Of a stretch of DNA of 64,000 nt, positions 58,401 through 64,000 are shown one piece after another. The DNA is from Paragordius varius (taxonomy: Eukaryota > Animalia > Nematomorpha). The DNA lies in contig OZ176055.1 of NCBI GenBank assembly GCA_964247055.1, positions 1,364,001 through 1,428,000 on the forward strand, read 5' to 3'. A program made the translations under genes and the position numbers. The notes beneath the pieces are model-generated. The model had not been told where the DNA came from. It ran no database searches and saw nothing but the letters and a program-made list of their open reading frames with translations. How positions within the stretch are numbered: the first letter of the stretch is position 1; the number at the start of each line of letters is the position of its first letter.

Positions 58401-60124
58401 GGACACTCAACTATATATAAAGAATAAATCAAAAAAATCAATCGAACTTAATTTGATAGAGTTAATTTTGTGTTTTCTATATAACCATATCTTCGAATTT
58501 TAATGCTTGTATTAAAAATTAAACATTGAGACATAAAATATATCCGATTTTTTCGTACTTACTATATATAGAGTATATTAATTTTTCGTTTTATGATAGA
58601 TATTTTTTTAAAAATGAAAATAAAATATATATTTGTTAATATATATCTTACATCTGATCCTTAGTAAACCCCGAAAATGTTCAGCCATGTTGATGGCATC
58701 ATGCCCATAAGAATCTTTACTATAAAAATATATAAAAACGAGCATTTTAAAACTTTCAATTTTATCACACAAACTAACTAAATTGGTTGAAAACACTTAT
58801 TTTTTCTTAAAGTTTCCTGAATACCTTATGACATTTTTCTAAATAGAGCATAAAAATGGTTTCAGTAAAAAAACAACTTAAACTCACCCCGCCGTAATAT
58901 CAATCGATTGACGGATCATTATAGTAATGATTGAACGAAATAGGTGAACCAAATCGTAATTCCAAGCTATCCCATAATACTGGAACATATCTAATCATAA
59001 ACATAAAAAATGTGGGTTTTTGACCATTTGCAGGGCAGTCCATAAATTTATTAAAAATATTGTAAAAAATATACGGAATAATTAACTATCATATTTGAAT
59101 AATTTTAGTTAAATTTGTGTTTCTCAAACATTTATTCAAATACTTTTAGCTAAGAACTGTGCCGAATTTTGGTAAAATAAATAGCATTAATTTATGATAA
59201 GGTATTTGTTAAAGTGTCTTAATCTTAAAATTTAATAAATTTTTATTTACCCATATATTATTAATACGGGTCGCAAATCTAGTTTATTGGGAACCCCTGG
59301 TTTAAGGTTTATTTTTGTGATTTAATCAAAAATTAAAAATTTTATGGTTTTCCATATAAAATATAAGAATAAATTCTAATTTTTCCAAGCAATAAAATCT
59401 CTTAATTTTAAAAAAACGAAAAAGCATATTTTCGGTTAGTGTCAAACCTTGTAACTTTTTGGAGAAAGCTCTCATGTTCAGGCATGTTATCCGATCTGAA
59501 ATCCTATTTTCTAAGAGCTCAGTTAGGATACAATATATACAGCGATCTTTCGTTGGGCCTGCATTACAAAATATATATTTATCAATTTATATGTATTTGC
59601 TTTTTAATGCCCATATCATTAACAAGTGATAAAATATCTCAATTAAATATACTTTAATTGCAGTATGCTCATTTATGTTGGCCTGTTCGAAACACAGTAG
59701 TGTGTTAAAAAAACAAGAAAATGATGAAATTAAGCAATTTTTTCCTATTTGGGATTAGGTTTTAATAATGGACAAAAAATTTATATCACCTATTTAAATA
59801 ATGTGATTAACATAAATATGCACACTCTATTTTTTGTGCCGCGTCCCATGTTCCGCATAAAAAAGGATTGATTTTAACGAAACCCCCATTGAAAATGTTT
59901 TTAAAACCCTTTTAAGGATAAATTACAAAAATTAATTATATACATTCTTTATCATGGCCTCCAAGCATGAGAGAATTGGTGATTAAAGTTGTGTATGAAA
60001 GTGCATGTAAAAGAACAGCCAGTGCAGTTTCAGTGCTATCTATACTGCCAAAACTTTTAACTAAATTGGGCATATAATCTCCCCATTGAAGTAAGGTATC
60101 CAAATTAAATAAACTTTTGGGCAT
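55409..60124 (-). CDS. USP36/USP42-family ubiquitin-specific protease domain protein lacking catalytic Cys and His (candidate pseudo-DUB)
   Basis: Exons 60124-59944, 59558-59448, 58990-58888, 58719-58652, 58410-58340, 58268-58189, 57881-57623, 57484-57359, 55725-55623 and 55489-55409 all match in phase with no stops. ALSYTTLITNSLMLGGHDKEC...CIYC, FRGLLRIRFECPNC, YDVCPKC, PPNLLTIVL, YKLYA...W..IKD...NSYMLFY follow the USP36/42 motif order. Confidence 0.8.
56905..57050 (+). mobile_element. tRNA-derived SINE-like element (intronic)
   Basis: A-box-like TAGTATAGTAGATAGG, anticodon-arm-like GCCGGACTCTGA and B-box GAGTTCGAACCC, followed by a non-tRNA body shared with 12.8 and 13.6 kb. Confidence 0.6.
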
Positions 60125-60410
60125 TTTTGTAGTAGTTATAATATATGGATGAGAATAAATTAAAAAGAGAGTATTACACTTTAATATGGGTAATGTGTAG
60201 TATAAATGAGTAAATAGAATTGAACGTAATTATCAGTTTCTATATTATTTTTTGGCGCAAAAAAAAAGTTTTTAGTGGCGGTGAACAAAGCTTTAGATAT
60301 TTATATTATTGGGGATTGATCTTGGTGCTTGGGTAGGAATTTTGATATTTTATAGAAAATTAGCTATTCTGGGCAAATGGTAATGAATTTGCATTATTAA
60401 TTATTTTCCT

Positions 60411-62742
60411 AACTGGCCCTGTCATATTTCGCTGTAACGTATCACCGATAATTATTATTAATAATTTGTAATAAATAGAGGTAATTCAGATAAAAAATAA
60501 AAAAACATAAATAATAAAAAGAATATCTTTAATTATTTTTTACGGGCTTTTGCATAGGCTTAAATATTGTTTAATCGAAATCGACCATTTTTAAACTGTC
60601 CCTTATTAAGTGAATATATAACTATCATTTCTATATATTTTAGAATTTCTGTTTTACGAAATCATGGTAAAACATTGTGTTCACACAGCTGGGATCAAGG
60701 ATATAAAAAGTATTTTAGCCCCTTTTTAAAGGAAAGATGATATTATAAAAATTCCCCAGAAATGTGTATAACTGAACTCGTATGGCTTCTTAAGTTTTTG
60801 AAAATTAGCTCCAAACCCATTCCATTTTTGTATGGTGTCTCAGTTTTAAACCAACCCCTACTTATAGACCTATATGGAAAAAGCACTGAGTTAAATTCTT
60901 TGCCTTTATAGGGCAAATATTTGATACCATCTTTGATACCATCGTCTCATGGGTTATTCGAAAAAATACCTCAACACTAAATAATCGTTTGATGGGGTAT
61001 TTTTAGGGCATAATGACCCCAACGGCTTATAAAAAACGCCTGACCTTTTTTACTACGGGTAATATTTCAAGCTTTTAATGACTTGTCTTCATAAATTTCT
61101 ATAAATTAGCCTTAAAACAACACAATTTCTAAATATTGGCGCAGTTTTAGGCGGGTAGCTTCTAACCCAGGGGCAGGTATAAAAAAGCGCTAGGCGAATT
61201 TTTGCCTTTATATAGATCTAGAATTATCATGGATCTCATATGTCCTATTATCATGATTTTCTGAAATTTGGCTCTAAAGGCATGGTTCGATATGGTGACG
61301 CAGTTTTACGCGGGTAGTAGCCCTCTAACCTGGAACGCAACAAAAAACGCTCGATTATTTTTGCCTTAATAATATCTGGAATCATGATTGATATGCTCTC
61401 GTAGGGTTTTCGAAATTGCCTCAAAATCAAAAAGTCATTTTATATTGGCGCATTTTTTAGGCAAGGGCCATTAGCGGTAATTTAATAAACCGCTCTGCTA
61501 AAATTATTGCCTTTTTACGGGTAATTTCAAGCCCTTATTGAACTTATATGACCTAATAAGTTTTCTAAAATTTGCCTCCTAAGTGACACTGCATCGATAT
61601 GATAGCGTAGTTGTTGGCGGATAGCCCCCTACCCAGAGGTAAATATAAAAAAGATGTTCGATAAAAGATTTTTCCTTTATAGGGGAATACCTGGAATCAT
61701 CATTCATTCCATATGTTCTTAATAGTTTTTGGAAGAATGGCTTTAAAACTAAATAATTGTTCAATCATAGCGCATTTTTTAGAGCGAAAAGAGCTTAATT
61801 AACCGCTAATTCAAAAAAACCGCTAGACTTGAATTTTTGCCTTTTTGCGGGTAGTATTTCAAGCCCTTATTGAACTCATTTGACCTAATAAGCTTTTTTA
61901 AAAATTAATGGTGGCCCTGTTTTAGACGGGTATCTTCCTACCCAGAGGCTGATCTAAAAAAGCGCTTGATTAAATTTTTGCCTTTTACCCAGAAAATACT
62001 GGAATCATGATTGCCATATGCTCTCATTAATTTTTGGAATTGCTTCAAAACAAATCATTCTATGGTGGCGCATTTTTCAGGGTGTGAAGGGCCTAATTAA
62101 CGGCTAATTTTGAAAAACCGCCCAACCTAAATTTTTGCCTTCTTACGAGTAATATTTTACTATTGAACTAATATGGCCTGATATGTTTTCTGAAATTTAG
62201 CCCCAAAGGCAAGCTATTTCGATATGACGGGGCAGTTTTTAGCGGGTATCTCCTTACCCAGCAGCCAATATAATATATACGCGCGACTAAATATTTTTCC
62301 TTTGGGGAAAACCTGGAATCATTGAATACTTTACGGTCTTATATTCTGGGCGAAAAATAGATTAAAAAAATTATTTTTGTGGACTTGTTTTTTTAAAAAA
62401 AGCATTAAGAAGGAAGCGGGTAAAAAGAAACCCTAAATTTAAAAAGCTAGCCGACTATCGGCGCAATCAAAAAAAGCAAAAAATCATATTTGAAATCGAA
62501 TGGTCCACTCGGTTTTCCGGAATATTGTCTCAAAGACACGATTTTTGTAGACTTCTGTTTTCTAAATAACCCGTTTTTACACGAGGTGGGCCCGAAATGG
62601 GATCCTAATTCATAAAAAGGCGAAGCTATTGTCGGGGCATTCAATAATGATTATATTTTTTTGATATTTGGATTGAATGGGTCTACCGGTTTTCCGGAGG
62701 CAGATCACAAAGCCACCACTTTCTATTTTTATAAATTATAGA
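60411..62742 (-). mobile_element. Helitron-like element, copy 6 (near full length, ~2.3 kb)
   Basis: A|TCTATA 5' end at 62742. The 3' end reads TTATCGGTGATACGTTACAGCGAAATATGACAGGGCCAGT, a degenerate version of the hairpin at 18461-18501. No TIR or TSD. GGAATC landmarks recur about every 310 bp (61378, 61692, 62008, 62314). Confidence 0.8.
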
Positions 62743-64000
62743 TTAGATTTGCCATTAATATATTTTTTGTTTAATTTAGTTGCAACAAATATTTTACATT
62801 TAACCATGATTAACTGCATTTATGAGCGCTTAGATCGGTTATAAACCCTGCCGAACCCTATCTGAATTTAATATCATTTTTCCTATATTGATTAAAATTT
62901 TGGGTCCTTTTTCCCTATATTATGAGAAAAATATTAAAGTGTTGTTTTGTGCATTTATCGGCTTTAAATAATGACCCGTAAATTCTATGCTCCTTCTACT
63001 CCAACAATTCTATTTGAGTTCCTTCCAAAATATTTTTGAGGCCCGTGAGAAATGTTAAAAACAACATTTTAAAACTAAGATAACATTTTTTTAACAAATT
63101 TTCTGAATACGCTTTACTAATTTTGAGATTTAACTAGAAAAATTAAAATAAATACCAGTTTTTACAAACTTATGTTTAAAATCTAATAAAATATTTTTTC
63201 ATATATTTGAGAATGCGGGTTGAAATGCGGCCCTCAAATCTATTTGTTTTGGAAACCTTTGGTTTAAACGATTGTAATTGGGGGTAATGGGCCAAGCGTA
63301 TGAGAGACCATAAATTTGTACTATTAAAATTTATATTAATATTTAAATTTTTCATTATTACAAATTAAATTTGATATAAAGTAATTTGTAAAGTTATATA
63401 CTGTCAGAACTTTGCTCAGAAATTTAAAGATGTTCAAGGGTAACACACAAATGTTTCAAATTTGCCAAATTTCAAAAAGACTAAGTCTGTAGTTAGTCTA
63501 TTGAATTCATATATATGTTTTTAATCTAAAACATAAGAAATGTGAGTTATAAAGCAATTTCATTAAAAAGATAATTAATAAATTTTAATAAAATTATATT
63601 TACAGGTCATTTCATTTCTACCTGCAACAACTATTTTTTATATCAAAATATTTTCAAAGGTAAGCCTAAATATCAAATCTATTATCATTTGGAAAGGAAA
63701 TCTTAATACCTATCAGACTTTTATAGGGTCACTTCACACGATTATTAATTGTATTGAAAATTGAAAAATTATCAGTTTCCAGTTTATACAAAGAACTTTA
63801 TTCTTTAACCTTTCAAAAGAGTTAGATATAAAAAAAACTTTTTGATTGATAAATGGTGCCATTCCGTATCAGGAGAGAACTTTTTTTTCAAAAAAAGTTG
63901 TACTTAAAAAAAGACTTTAAAATAAAATTATCCATTTTTAATTCTAGTAGCACAATGATGACACATTGTGTCACTCTACCTTCTTTTATTGTGTTGTGGT

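Noticed and set aside
60700-62400. Regularly spaced repeats considered as a CRISPR-like array
   Set aside because: The whole ~310-bp unit is homologous, with no short invariant repeat or unique spacers. The context is eukaryotic and no cas genes are present.

Overview
Strongly AT-rich, intron-containing animal (invertebrate) genomic DNA read with the standard genetic code. Hand-spliced models, with GT-AG boundaries and reading frame checked exon by exon, give eight genes: FAM162-like (+), stonin/stoned-B (-), EMC6 (-) head-to-head with SPOP/roadkill (+), a nephrin/kirre-like receptor with only two Ig domains (-), ADAT3 (+), SEC12/PREB (-) and a USP36/USP42-family protein (-). About a fifth of the window is six copies of a ~2-2.3 kb non-autonomous Helitron-like element built from ~310-bp internal subrepeats. 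The rest of the repeat load is a 3.8-kb inverted duplication, IS630/Tc1 transposase relics, hAT, Tc1-type and other MITEs, a tRNA-derived SINE and an RTE LINE fragment. The most notable observations are: (1) an intact-looking USP36/42 paralog with its catalytic Cys and His replaced (candidate pseudo-deubiquitinase); (2) nine ultra-short 26-33 nt introns, all of which break the frame or add a stop if retained; (3) SPOP carrying a ~420-aa Asn/Ser/His-rich insertion ahead of its NLS; (4) a nested Helitron insertion with an ~80-bp micro-inversion. Family assignments rest on reference motifs recalled from memory, not on database searches.
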